Source: Chloroflexota bacterium
GTDB lineage: Bacteria; Chloroflexota; UBA11872; VXNJ01
NCBI GenBank assembly: GCA_965261345.1
Contig: OZ253449.1
Span: 1,152,001-1,216,000, forward strand
Direction: 5' to 3'
Length of the DNA stretch: 64,000 nt
Position numbers and translations under genes: made by a program
The notes under the pieces: model-generated
What the model saw: the letters and a program-made list of their open reading frames with translations, nothing else
Told to the model about the DNA's origin: nothing
The model's database searches: none
In this document: one piece after another, positions 37,647 through 47,197 of the stretch
Numbering within the stretch: position 1 is the stretch's first letter
Layout: each line of letters opens with the position of its first letter

Positions 37647-39062
37647 TTGGGGGCGTCGGCGAGCGCCCAGCTGGCCCGGGTTAAGGCCAGTGAGGCTCGC
37701 CTGCTGGGCCTGATCCGGGGAGGGTACGGCAACACCGGCAGCACTCCGGTGGCCTATACCCGATCCGACGTTGCGGCACGTGGCCGGCAGCGCCTTGCCC
37801 GGCTGCGCCAGTTCCTACAACGGTCCGGCGATCCACAGTGCGCCCGACCGGTGGTGCAGGTGGCCGGAACCTCGGGCAAAGGGTCGACGGCGCAATTTAT
37901 CAGCTCCCTTCTCTTGGCCGGTGGATTGCGGGTAGGTGTGCACCAGACCCCCTACCTGCAGAGTCCCACTGAAAAACTGGTTATCGGGCATCGCCTGGCA
38001 ACTGCCGACCAATTTGCTGCGGCAACCAACCGACTGTTTGTTGGTATCGATCGCTTCAATGCCGTCGGTGCCGGATTCGATATGCGTTACGGGGCGGCGT
38101 GGGTGGCCTTGACGTTTGATTACTTTGCCCGCGCGCGGATCGATTTACTGGTGCTCGAATGCGGGGCTGGAGCGCGTTTTGATCTAACCAACGTGACCGA
38201 TCCGGAGGTGAGCGTGATCACCCGGATCGGTCTGGATCACCAGGGTTCGCTTGGCCCGGATATTGCCGAAATCGCCTGGCACAAGGTCGGAATTGCGCGA
38301 ACGAAACGCCCGTTGATAACGGTTGTTCAGGAGCCGCCCGCCCAGGCCGTGATCGAGGCCCAGTCCGACCGGATTGGCGCGCGCCTTACCACCTTGCGCG
38401 CTGGTACCGACTGGACCCAACGCTCGTTGGATGGCGGGTTGGTCGAATTCCATTACCATCGCGACGGGTTGGAAATCGGGCCGCTGCGCCTGCGCGCCCT
38501 GGGGGGCTGGCAGGGCGAAAACGCCGCTTTAGCCTGCGCCGCGGTCGCTGAGCTGCTAAACAACGGTTGGCCGATCGATGTGGCCAACCTGGCCGGCGGG
38601 TTGTGCGGGGCGCGCATCCAGGGCCGGATGGAGGTGGTGCAGAACGCCCCGGAGGTGATATTGGACGGGGCTCACAATCCCCAGAAGGCGCGCGCCCTAG
38701 CCGATTCACTGGCCGCCAGGTTGGCCGACCGACGGCTGATCGCGGTACTTGGGGTGATGGGTTACAAGCCGCCCCGGGGAGTTGTTGGTGGGATCGCCCA
38801 GATGGCCGAAACTGCGATATTTACACAGGCTGACGTTCACCTAAAGACCGCCCACCCAGCGGAAGCGCTGCTGTCACAGATCGGTGCCGGCGACGGGTTG
38901 GCGATCGCCGATCCAATGGCGGCAATTGAGACCGCGATCCGCCTGGCCGGACGAGATGGCGTTGTCTGTGTGGCCGGGTCGCTGTTCTTGGCCGGTCGCG
39001 TACGCGAGCGCTGGTATCCGACCGAGGAGGTGGTGGCGCAGGCTACTCCTTGGCCGGTCTAG
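37647..39062 (+). CDS. folC: Folylpolyglutamate/dihydrofolate synthase
   Basis: VAGTSGKGST, ECGAGARFDLTN, IGLDH, GRME, LDGAHNP, GSLFLAG. Confidence 0.9.
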   Translation: MGASASAQLARVKASEARLLGLIRGGYGNTGSTPVAYTRSDVAARGRQRLARLRQFLQRSGDPQCARPVVQVAGTSGKGSTAQFISSLLLAGGLRVGVHQTPYLQSPTEKLVIGHRLATADQFAAATNRLFVGIDRFNAVGAGFDMRYGAAWVALTFDYFARARIDLLVLECGAGARFDLTNVTDPEVSVITRIGLDHQGSLGPDIAEIAWHKVGIARTKRPLITVVQEPPAQAVIEAQSDRIGARLTTLRAGTDWTQRSLDGGLVEFHYHRDGLEIGPLRLRALGGWQGENAALACAAVAELLNNGWPIDVANLAGGLCGARIQGRMEVVQNAPEVILDGAHNPQKARALADSLAARLADRRLIAVLGVMGYKPPRGVVGGIAQMAETAIFTQADVHLKTAHPAEALLSQIGAGDGLAIADPMAAIETAIRLAGRDGVVCVAGSLFLAGRVRERWYPTEEVVAQATPWPV

Positions 39063-40894
39063 AGTAGCGCCGGGATCACGGTCACCGAAAGCAGGTCTTC
39101 GTCCGGGATTCCGTTGGCGGCAACAAAACGCCGCCAACTTTGATCGACCGGATCAAATACTGCCGCCCCTCCACCAGTTGCCACCAGGATCCGGCCGGAG
39201 TCGTCTTCGGCCAGGGCCCGTACGGTATCAGACGGCAGCCCGGTGGCGGACTGGCGGTGGGCCGTAAATCCAAACTGCCCGGGACCGATTACCGCCAGTC
39301 CGCCAGCAGTTGCCACCCAAACCGACCCATCGCCGGCCAAAAGGATGTCGGTAACGTCCAGATCCGGCAGTCCATCGTCTAGTCCGTAGCTGGTAAATTG
39401 ACCATCTACGCCGGTGATCGAAACGGCCACCCCGTTGGCCGCGGTCCCGACCCAGATCTCACCGCTGGCGGCCACCGCCACGGCGGTAACGTCCAGATCC
39501 GGCAGTCCCTGCATCGTCGTGAGGGTACGCCAATTGGATCCATTGAAAAAGGCCAGTCCGCGGTCGGTCGCCGCATAGATCTGAGGTGGAAATTCCACTG
39601 CCATGACAACGTCGCGGACTTCGCTGGAAGGGAGTCCGCCGCCGCCGGTGGGGAGGGTAGTTACCGAACCGCGGGTTGAACCGAAAGCCGGTTGGACATA
39701 TTGCGCCAGACCGCCCTGGTTTACTGCCAACAGGATGATTCGGCCAGAACGGCCGGCTATCGAACTAACCACGTTGCCGGCAAGGCCAAAGCCGGCGGCA
39801 TCGACTACCACGTTGCGGTCCGGGGCAAAGTACGGGAAGTAAAAGGCCCCGCCATCGGTACCGAGCCACAGTCCCCGGTCCGCGTCCACAAACAGTGACC
39901 GTACGGTATCAGACGCCAGCGATGAGTTGGCCACCTCGAGCGTACGCCAATTAACGCCATCCCAAACCAGCAAACCGGAGGTGCGCGATCCGAAACCATA
40001 GAGCTGGTTGGGAGGCAGTACGTTGGCCGGATCGGGCGCCCTGGTTAAGGGAACCACTTCCAGGATTTCGAACCGGTCGCCTTCTTGCAAGGCGGACGCT
40101 CCGCGGAACGGGACCAATGAATACCAGTAGCCGGCCGGATAGGTCAGATCGCGCAGGATATCTCCCAGTAGGGTCAACTTGACCGGGTCCTGCGGGTCGC
40201 CGGGGTGGTGCTCGAAAACGGCCGCCTGGAAATACTGTCGGACAAAACCCGTAGTTGATCCCGGTGCCAGCAGCGTGCCTGGCGAACCGGTATCGGTGCG
40301 GGCCTCGGTTTTGGGGTATCCGAAACTGGCCTCGCCGCCCAGCCGCTGGTAGAAGTCCATAAATCCGACCGCATGCCCGTTGATGTCCAGATTGGCGACG
40401 CGGTGCCCCCACGGCCCCAGGGCGATCCCTGGATTGGAATTTAGGGTCTCGAGCTCGGTGCCCTGGTCGGTTGAGCCGGCCCGACCACCACCGACGTAGT
40501 CCCAGACCAGGCGGCGTTCGATTACCCAGGCCCCGCCCAGGTCGGACCGCAGGTGGTAATCGACTACCCCGCGTTGGTAGTACTGGGTCAGCGAGTTGGG
40601 TTCTTCGCGCAGCACCTCCGAGGTCGCCAATCCCCAGCGCTCTATCTTGCCGGTGGCCAGGAAATGATCTCTGAAGCTGGCGCGGTGCTCTAGCCCGCCG
40701 ATTACAAGTAGCAGGTTGGGCACGTTGTGCGAGAGCAACGGATTTCCGCCGTGCAGATCCTCCAGGAATAGGGGGGTAACGACCGTCGGATCAGCGAACT
40801 CGGTCGCGTGGGCGCCCGGTGCGAGCAGGAGCGCCAAGCCCACGCCGCCCAGCGCCGCCCAGCGCCAGGCCAGTCCACGCAGCCGGGCGATCAA
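39059..40894 (-). CDS. Secreted protein with GG-x-FGYP-type domain and C-terminal Reg_prop-like beta-propeller
   Basis: Signal peptide ending AHA from TTG 40894; GGEASFGYPKTE/QYFQAAVFE; repeats GLPS..V, GLPDLDV, W(V/L)(G/A)T. Confidence 0.72.
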   Translation of the reverse strand: MIARLRGLAWRWAALGGVGLALLLAPGAHATEFADPTVVTPLFLEDLHGGNPLLSHNVPNLLLVIGGLEHRASFRDHFLATGKIERWGLATSEVLREEPNSLTQYYQRGVVDYHLRSDLGGAWVIERRLVWDYVGGGRAGSTDQGTELETLNSNPGIALGPWGHRVANLDINGHAVGFMDFYQRLGGEASFGYPKTEARTDTGSPGTLLAPGSTTGFVRQYFQAAVFEHHPGDPQDPVKLTLLGDILRDLTYPAGYWYSLVPFRGASALQEGDRFEILEVVPLTRAPDPANVLPPNQLYGFGSRTSGLLVWDGVNWRTLEVANSSLASDTVRSLFVDADRGLWLGTDGGAFYFPYFAPDRNVVVDAAGFGLAGNVVSSIAGRSGRIILLAVNQGGLAQYVQPAFGSTRGSVTTLPTGGGGLPSSEVRDVVMAVEFPPQIYAATDRGLAFFNGSNWRTLTTMQGLPDLDVTAVAVAASGEIWVGTAANGVAVSITGVDGQFTSYGLDDGLPDLDVTDILLAGDGSVWVATAGGLAVIGPGQFGFTAHRQSATGLPSDTVRALAEDDSGRILVATGGGAAVFDPVDQSWRRFVAANGIPDEDLLSVTVIPALL

Positions 40895-41097
40895 TCCTGC
40901 AGCCGCCCCCAAAACGATTTGAGATCCTCCTCGGCTTCGCCGCGGCGGTCGGCGGCGGCGCGAAGCCGGGCGATGTCGAAGCTGGTTCCAGTCCAGCCGG
41001 CGCCGCTGAGGAGGTGGTCGATCGCCTGTGATTCGGTGCGCCACTGCCGCATCAGGCTCAATAGCTGGTTGCGCTGGGAGCGCGAAAGTTGAGCCAT
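40891..41097 (-). CDS. Small hypothetical protein (68 aa)
   Basis: ATG start; its TGA overlaps the TTG start of the downstream gene (TTGA). Confidence 0.55.
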   Translation of the reverse strand: MAQLSRSQRNQLLSLMRQWRTESQAIDHLLSGAGWTGTSFDIARLRAAADRRGEAEEDLKSFWGRLQD

Positions 41098-41180
41098 CGG
41101 CGTCGGGTACCCCTTGCGTTGTCTACTTCAAGCCCGAACAAATATAGAATTTGCCGCCTTTGCAAATCGTCTGCCAGTAA

Positions 41181-41669
41181 ATGATCGAATCGCCCGCTGC
41201 GACTGCGGCACGCCTAAATCAATTGCGTGCGCAGCTTGCGCCCTTAAAAGAAGATCCCGGTTCGGTTATGGAGGCGCTTTACCTCGCCCAGGATATGTTC
41301 GGCTACATTCCGGGTCCGTCGATTGAGGTAATAGCCAGCGAACTCGGCTACCCGGAAGCGCACGTCTTCGGCGTGGTGACCTTCTACACGATGTTCTACA
41401 CCGAGCCGCAGGCCAAGAACATCATCCGTGTCTGTCGCGACCTCTCCTGCCACCTCTCCGGGGCCGGCTCGATCGCCGACGCGATCGAGCAGCGGGCGGG
41501 GATTCGCAACGGTGAGAGCACCGCCGACGGCAAGGTCAAGCTGGAGCTGGTCTCCTGTCTGGGGCAGTGCGATCGCCAGCCGGCGCTGCTGGTTGGGCTA
41601 GACGTCCACGGACCGATGTCCCCCGAGTCCGCCGCGAACCTGGCCGGCCGGCTACTGGAAGACGACTAG
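41181..41669 (+). CDS. nuoE: NuoE-like 2Fe-2S subunit
   Basis: VTFYTMF, CRDLSC, CLGQC. Confidence 0.85.
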   Translation: MIESPAATAARLNQLRAQLAPLKEDPGSVMEALYLAQDMFGYIPGPSIEVIASELGYPEAHVFGVVTFYTMFYTEPQAKNIIRVCRDLSCHLSGAGSIADAIEQRAGIRNGESTADGKVKLELVSCLGQCDRQPALLVGLDVHGPMSPESAANLAGRLLEDD

Positions 41670-41678
41670 GATCTGAGG

Positions 41679-42944
41679 ATGGAAGAGATTCGCGTCGTCA
41701 ACCGCAATCTAGGCAAGCCCAACTCGCACACCCTGGAGGTCTTCCGGGCAGGCGGTGGCTATGCCCAGGCCGAGCGGGCGCTCACCTCGATGGGCCCGGA
41801 GGACGTAATTGCGCTGGTGGAGGAATCCGAGCTCAAGGGTCGCGGAGGCGCATTCTTCCCGACTGGCATGAAATGGAAATTCGTGCGCGCCGATCCCAAC
41901 CTGCCGCGCTACGTGGTGGCCAACGGCGACGAGAGCGAACCTGGAACGTACTGCAATCGCGCGATCCTCGAAGAGGACCCCCACAACTTCATCGAGGGCA
42001 TGATTGTGGCCGCCCACGCGGTCGGGGCCGAGACCGGATACATATACATCCGCGGCGAATTCGGGCTGGGCATCGAGCGAGTCCGGGCGGCGCTGGCCGA
42101 ATGCTACGAAGCCGGGATCCTGGGCCCACGAGCGCTGGGGTCAGAGCACCGGGTGGACCTGATCCTGCGGCGCGGCGCCGGAGCCTATATCTGCGGCGAG
42201 GAAACAGCACTTTTCAATTCACTGGAGGGCAAACGCGGCACCCCGCGCTTCAAGCCGCCGTTTCCGACCAACTCCGGGGTATGGTCCAAGCCCACCGCGA
42301 TAAACAACATCGAGACCTTCTGCAACGTTGCCCCGATCCTGGAAAATGGCGCCCAATGGTTCAAAGATCTGGGCATCGGCGACAGCAACGCCGGAACCAA
42401 GGTTTACTGCCTTTCCGGAACCGTCCAGCGCACCGGGCTATTCGAACTGCCGCTGGGGGTGACTGCGCGCGAACTGATTTACGACTTCGGCGGCGGGCCG
42501 CCGCCAGGGCGAACCTTGAAGGGGTTCAAACCCGGCGGTGCATCGGCGGCGGTGCTGACGGCTGATGAATTGGACGCCCGAATGGACGCCAGCATCGGGC
42601 AGTACGACACCATCCTGGGCACCGGCGGCTGCATCGTCATGGACGATAGCGTTTCGATGGTCGATGCCGCGTTGCGCGACGCGCTCTTCTTTGAGGAGGA
42701 GAGCTGCGGTTTCTGTATCCCCTGCCGCGAGGGCACCCCCAACCTGGTCCAGATCCTGGAGAAGATCCTAGAGGGCGAGGGCGAAATGTCCGACCTGGCG
42801 CTGCTGGAAGACATCGGCGAATCGATGGCCTCCTCGTTCTGCGGGCTGGGGCAATTTGCCTATCGGCCGGTGGTCGGCGCGCTGCGCAAATACCGCAGCG
42901 AATTCGAGGCGATGGTCCGCGATGGAGCCCCGGCCCACGCCTAG
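41679..42944 (+). CDS. nuoF: NuoF-like NADH-binding FMN/4Fe-4S subunit
   Basis: GRGGA.FPTG.KW, DESEPGT, GAGAYICGEETAL, ESCGFCIPCREG, FCGLG. Confidence 0.88.
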   Translation: MEEIRVVNRNLGKPNSHTLEVFRAGGGYAQAERALTSMGPEDVIALVEESELKGRGGAFFPTGMKWKFVRADPNLPRYVVANGDESEPGTYCNRAILEEDPHNFIEGMIVAAHAVGAETGYIYIRGEFGLGIERVRAALAECYEAGILGPRALGSEHRVDLILRRGAGAYICGEETALFNSLEGKRGTPRFKPPFPTNSGVWSKPTAINNIETFCNVAPILENGAQWFKDLGIGDSNAGTKVYCLSGTVQRTGLFELPLGVTARELIYDFGGGPPPGRTLKGFKPGGASAAVLTADELDARMDASIGQYDTILGTGGCIVMDDSVSMVDAALRDALFFEEESCGFCIPCREGTPNLVQILEKILEGEGEMSDLALLEDIGESMASSFCGLGQFAYRPVVGALRKYRSEFEAMVRDGAPAHA

Positions 42945-42960
42945 GGACCTGGACGCCCGG

Positions 42961-44325
42961 TTACGTGAGCAGCAGGGTGGCCACCCCCAGGTAGATCGAG
43001 AGCGCCACCACATCGTTTAGGGTGGCAATCAGCGGCCCGGATGCCCCGGCCGGATCGATCCGCAGCTGCAGAGTAGTCTGCGGCACCGCCGCGCCCAGCA
43101 GGGCGGCAAAGCTCAGCGCCGGAAAAATACTCCCGAAAATTAGCAATCCAAATCGGAAATCGTCCAACCAAAAACCGGCCGCCAGCCCGGCGATTAACCC
43201 GGCCGCGGTCCCTAGCAGGACCCCGATCAGCAATTCACGCAAGACCGGCCGCAACCTCCCGCTGACGGCCCCCACGCGGTCGGCCTCCAGGGTTGCGGCC
43301 AGTGACTGAATGCCGACGCTACCGGCCAACGCCGACACCACTGGCACAAAGATGGCCACCAGCACCACCTGTTCCAGGTTGGCCAGAAAAGCGCTCATGA
43401 TCAGGCCGACAAACATCTCGCCGACCAGGGTCACCAGCAGCCACGGCAGGCGCAAAACCGCCTGATGGAGGGTCCCGAACCGGGCAAGTGGTCCGAGCGC
43501 GCCCGAGAGCGCCAGCAGATGCTCGCCGCCCTCATCGACTAGCACGTCGACCGCGTCGTCCACGGTGAGCATTCCCAGCAGGCGCCCACGCGAATCAACG
43601 ACCGGCACCGCCAAAAGGTCGTACTTTGCCAAAAGCTCGGCCACTTCGGCCTTGTCGTCAAAGTCGTTGGCCGTCACCGGTTCGGGATCGCAGATGTCGA
43701 CTAGGCGCTCCCATTCGTCGGCCGCGAGCAGGGCCCGCAACGAGAGGACCCCCAACAGGTGTCGCTGCGCGTTAACGATGTAGACGTAGTAGATGTTGGA
43801 CACGTTGGGCAGCTGCCGCTTGATTTCGGTGATCGCCGCCGCCGCGGTCGTATCGCCGGGCAACGACACCAGGGCGGTATTCATCAGACGACCGGCCGAA
43901 GTGGGTTCGTATTCGAGGGCCCGGGTCAACGCGGCCGATGCGGCCGGGCCGGCGCGGGCGAGCAGGTCGGCGACGGCCTCGGGAGCGGCCGCGGAGAGGA
44001 GCTCAGCTGCGTCATCGGTTTCCAGTTGACCTATTACTCGGCCCAACCGCTCGCGGCCCAGTCCGGCGAGCAGGTCGTCGGTGGCCGCGATCCCGGTTTC
44101 ATCGATAACCTCGGCGGCGACCGCGTCGGAAAGCAGCGCGAACGCGGCGAGCCGGGCTTCACGCTCCAGTCCGTCGATGCAGTCGGCTATGTCGGCCGGG
44201 TGCAGGGCGGCCAGGATGGCCCTAGCGGCCGGTTCGTTGCCGGACTGGAGGGCGCCGCGCAGGCGCTGTATGATCTGTTCGATCGGGTCGCTCAACGCCG
44301 CTACGCTCGGTTCCGGGCGGCCCAT
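42961..44325 (-). CDS. mgtE: Magnesium transporter MgtE
   Basis: LHPADIA, SAGRLM, CBS pair, RLPWL, SGPLIATLND. Confidence 0.92.
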   Translation of the reverse strand: MGRPEPSVAALSDPIEQIIQRLRGALQSGNEPAARAILAALHPADIADCIDGLEREARLAAFALLSDAVAAEVIDETGIAATDDLLAGLGRERLGRVIGQLETDDAAELLSAAAPEAVADLLARAGPAASAALTRALEYEPTSAGRLMNTALVSLPGDTTAAAAITEIKRQLPNVSNIYYVYIVNAQRHLLGVLSLRALLAADEWERLVDICDPEPVTANDFDDKAEVAELLAKYDLLAVPVVDSRGRLLGMLTVDDAVDVLVDEGGEHLLALSGALGPLARFGTLHQAVLRLPWLLVTLVGEMFVGLIMSAFLANLEQVVLVAIFVPVVSALAGSVGIQSLAATLEADRVGAVSGRLRPVLRELLIGVLLGTAAGLIAGLAAGFWLDDFRFGLLIFGSIFPALSFAALLGAAVPQTTLQLRIDPAGASGPLIATLNDVVALSIYLGVATLLLT

Positions 44326-45065
44326 GCCTGTCCGGGTTCACATACCCGGAAAAAATCGCAGTCGGGGCAATGCGGACCGGTGCGCGGCGGGAACTCGGCG
44401 CCAGTTATACCGGTTCCGAGGCGACCGACCCACCCGGTGGCTTCGGACAGCTCACTCTCGGTTGGCCCGCGTTGGCTGACGATCCCGTCATAGAGGTAGT
44501 GGTAAGCGACATCTGCCGCCGGCAGGTCGAGGGCCGCCCGCGCGGCCAACGCATAGATTTCCAACTGGCGAAAGTTGGGGGCACCGCCGGGGGCACCGCC
44601 GGATTTGTAGTCGACGATCCGCGGAGCGCCCGGCACCAGGTCCACCCGATCGATGATCCCGGCGACCTCAAATCCGCCGATTTGGGCCCTGAAGCGGACT
44701 TCGGTCAGGTACTTTAGATCGTGGCGCGGCCGGTGATCTCGCCAGAACCGCTCCAGAATCAGAAGGCCGCGCTGGCGGAAGTCGGTAACCGACGACCGGG
44801 TCAGGAAGGCGAAGCTGGCCGCTAGCCGGTCCTCAAACTGACGCTGGAGCCATTCCCAGGTCGGTTGGGAGACGGGATCGACGCTAAATAGGTCCTGGAG
44901 CACCAGATGGATCAGGGACCCGAAAAACGGCCAGTCGCTGTACGCTGGACGCTGCCGGTCGATGTAGGACAACCGGTAGGCGTGCGGACAGTGTTCGTAG
45001 AGCGCGAGCTTGGAGTAGCTGAGCCGGGTGCCGCGGCGCTTGCGCGGTCGCGCCGTGGACTTAAT
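44301..45065 (-). CDS. PD-(D/E)XK nuclease, RecB/AddB/Cas4-like
   Basis: LSYSKL..Y..CP, G..IH, GIIDRVD, IVDYKSG, QLEIY, CxxCxxxxxC; conserved N-terminus lies upstream of the ORF-track start. Confidence 0.85.
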   Translation of the reverse strand: MKSTARPRKRRGTRLSYSKLALYEHCPHAYRLSYIDRQRPAYSDWPFFGSLIHLVLQDLFSVDPVSQPTWEWLQRQFEDRLAASFAFLTRSSVTDFRQRGLLILERFWRDHRPRHDLKYLTEVRFRAQIGGFEVAGIIDRVDLVPGAPRIVDYKSGGAPGGAPNFRQLEIYALAARAALDLPAADVAYHYLYDGIVSQRGPTESELSEATGWVGRLGTGITGAEFPPRTGPHCPDCDFFRVCEPGQAWAARNRA

Positions 45066-45691
45066 TAGCGCTCAATCCGGATCGACTCGACCAGCGCCGT
45101 TGCGGTTGGCTTGGACAGCTCGCCCATGGCCGGATTGACGGTGAGCGGAATCGCCGCCAATTCATCGAGAACTTCGAATCCAACCTCGATTTGGCCAAAG
45201 ATCGTGTAGTTGCGCGGAAAGGAGTCCGGCAGGTCGGCAAGGCAGATGAAAAATTGCGATCCGTTGGTGTCGGGGCCGCTGTTAGCCATGGCGATCGTGC
45301 CGCGCTTGTAGGTCAGCTCGGCCGGGATCGGTTCATCGGCGAAGGAGTAACCCGGTCCGCCACCACCGGTGCCGGTGGGGTCGCCGGTTTGGACCACGAA
45401 GCCGGGTACGATGCGGTGAAAAATCAAGCCGTCAAAGTATTCGCGTTCGGCCAGCGATACGAAACTGGACACCGCCAACGGGGCCGCCTCGGGGTAGAGC
45501 TGGCCGGTCATTACCCCCTTGTTGGTGGTAATTTCCACCATGATTGGGCCGCTTAGATCATCTTCAATCGAGGGTGTGGGCACCGCTTTGGCGGAAAGCT
45601 CGGAGCGGGATTGGGGATCACCCGGGTCCTGCTCACAGGCCGCCAGCAACAGCAGGCCGGCCAAAAGCGCAGCCAATTTTCGGAACGACAA
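45065..45691 (-). CDS. Cyclophilin-type peptidyl-prolyl isomerase (lipoprotein)
   Basis: LAAC lipobox, FHRIVPGFVVQTGDP, AMANSGPDTNGSQFFI. Confidence 0.92.
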   Translation of the reverse strand: MSFRKLAALLAGLLLLAACEQDPGDPQSRSELSAKAVPTPSIEDDLSGPIMVEITTNKGVMTGQLYPEAAPLAVSSFVSLAEREYFDGLIFHRIVPGFVVQTGDPTGTGGGGPGYSFADEPIPAELTYKRGTIAMANSGPDTNGSQFFICLADLPDSFPRNYTIFGQIEVGFEVLDELAAIPLTVNPAMGELSKPTATALVESIRIER

Positions 45692-45791
45692 GGATTGGAA
45701 ACCGATCGAAAAACACCATCGTCATTTCAAGGTTAAATCGGGACAGGCCATTTCCGCTAGCCGTGGCCAAGCTGACTGATTCGTATAGGGA

Positions 45792-47132
45792 ATGCAGATG
45801 GGGATTAGCAAAGAGGCGGCCAAGGCCGCTGCGACTGCGACGATCCAAGCCGATCGTGATTTGATCGTCGCCTTGGGCGAGGCGATTTTTGACGATCCCG
45901 AAATGGGTTTTAAGGAGTTTCACACTTCGGAACGGGTGTACCAGCAGCTGGCCGAACTGGGGCTCGACGTGCAGACCGGATTCGGGATAACCGGCCTGAA
46001 GGCGATCCTGGATACCGGGCGGCCAGGTCCCACCCTGGCGGTGATGGGCGAGCTTGATGCGATCGGGGTGCGCGGACACCCGCGCGCCAATCCGGCAACC
46101 GGCGCCGCCCACGCCTGTGGGCACAATGCCCAGCTGGCGACCATGACCGCGGTTGCGCGGGCCCTCTCCAGCTCGCGCCTGCTGGCCAATATGAGCGGCC
46201 GGATCGCGTTGATGGCGGTCCCGGCCGAGGAATACGTGGAAATTGGCTGGCGGCGAGAGCAGGTTCGCGATGGCCGCCTGCAGTTTCTGGGCGGCAAGCC
46301 CGAGCTGATCGCCACCAGGGCCTTTGACGATGTCGACCTGGCGCTTCTGGTGCATTCGCGGACCGGATCCGACAAGGTGATGATCTGCCGCTCGGAAAAT
46401 GGCACGGTGGTGAAAAACATCACCTTCCGCGGTCGCGCCGCGCATGCCGGGGCCCACCCCGAGCTGGGAATTAACGCCCTCTACGCGGCCAACCTGGCGC
46501 TGGCCGCGATAAATGCAATCCGTGAGACCTTTACCGATGACGATGCAACCCGCGTGCATCCGATCATCACCCGCGGCGGCGATATCGTAAACGTCATCCC
46601 CGACACCGTGACGATGGAGACTTTCGTGCGCGGAGCCACCCTGGAGGCGATCGACCGCGCCGACCGGAAGGTTGATCGCGCCCTGCGCGCCGGGGCACTG
46701 GCGCTGGGCGCCGAAATCGAGATTGCCAACATGCCCGGCTACATGCCGTTGGCCAACAGCTCGGCGATGGCCGATGTTTTTGCCGCAAACTCGCGGGCCC
46801 TTTTTGGCCCGGACTGCATCGGCTACGTGGGTCATCGTCCGGGCAGCACCGACATGGGCGATCTGAGCCAGATCATGCCGGCGCTGCAGCCGCAGATGAA
46901 CGGGATGGTCGGTTCCAACCATGCCGCGGACTGGGCGATTGTCGACGCCGATGCGGTTTACATCGATCCCGGGATTGCGATGGCCCATTTCGCCATCGAT
47001 CTGCTCTGGGGTGATGCGCAGCTTGGAGCTCGGATCGTTGACGAGTACGAGCCGGAGCTAACCCGCGAGCAATATGTCGCCGCCCAGAACGCAAAATTCG
47101 AGACCAAGAGCTGGAACTACCGGGACGCTTAA
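45792..47132 (+). CDS. M20 family amidohydrolase
   Basis: PEMGFKE, GELDA, HACGHN, PAEE, AHAG..P, GSTDMGD. Confidence 0.9.
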   Translation: MQMGISKEAAKAAATATIQADRDLIVALGEAIFDDPEMGFKEFHTSERVYQQLAELGLDVQTGFGITGLKAILDTGRPGPTLAVMGELDAIGVRGHPRANPATGAAHACGHNAQLATMTAVARALSSSRLLANMSGRIALMAVPAEEYVEIGWRREQVRDGRLQFLGGKPELIATRAFDDVDLALLVHSRTGSDKVMICRSENGTVVKNITFRGRAAHAGAHPELGINALYAANLALAAINAIRETFTDDDATRVHPIITRGGDIVNVIPDTVTMETFVRGATLEAIDRADRKVDRALRAGALALGAEIEIANMPGYMPLANSSAMADVFAANSRALFGPDCIGYVGHRPGSTDMGDLSQIMPALQPQMNGMVGSNHAADWAIVDADAVYIDPGIAMAHFAIDLLWGDAQLGARIVDEYEPELTREQYVAAQNAKFETKSWNYRDA

Positions 47133-47197
47133 CAGCAAGTGCCGGAGTCTGGCCCTGACCGGTTGGACCAGCCCAAAAATCGCAAAGGAAATAGCGC

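Noticed and set aside
40895-41044. N-terminal extension of the 661-aa ORF
   Set aside because: Arg-rich shadow of the 68-aa gene; the signal peptide begins at TTG 40894.
42961-45691. CRISPR-Cas locus suggested by the Cas4-like nuclease
   Set aside because: No repeat-spacer array or other cas genes seen in the window.
45633-46988. Long antisense ORFs (451 aa here; also 52539-53831, 60070-61182, 19621-20496)
   Set aside because: Antisense shadows of well-supported genes, expected at high GC; no family motifs.
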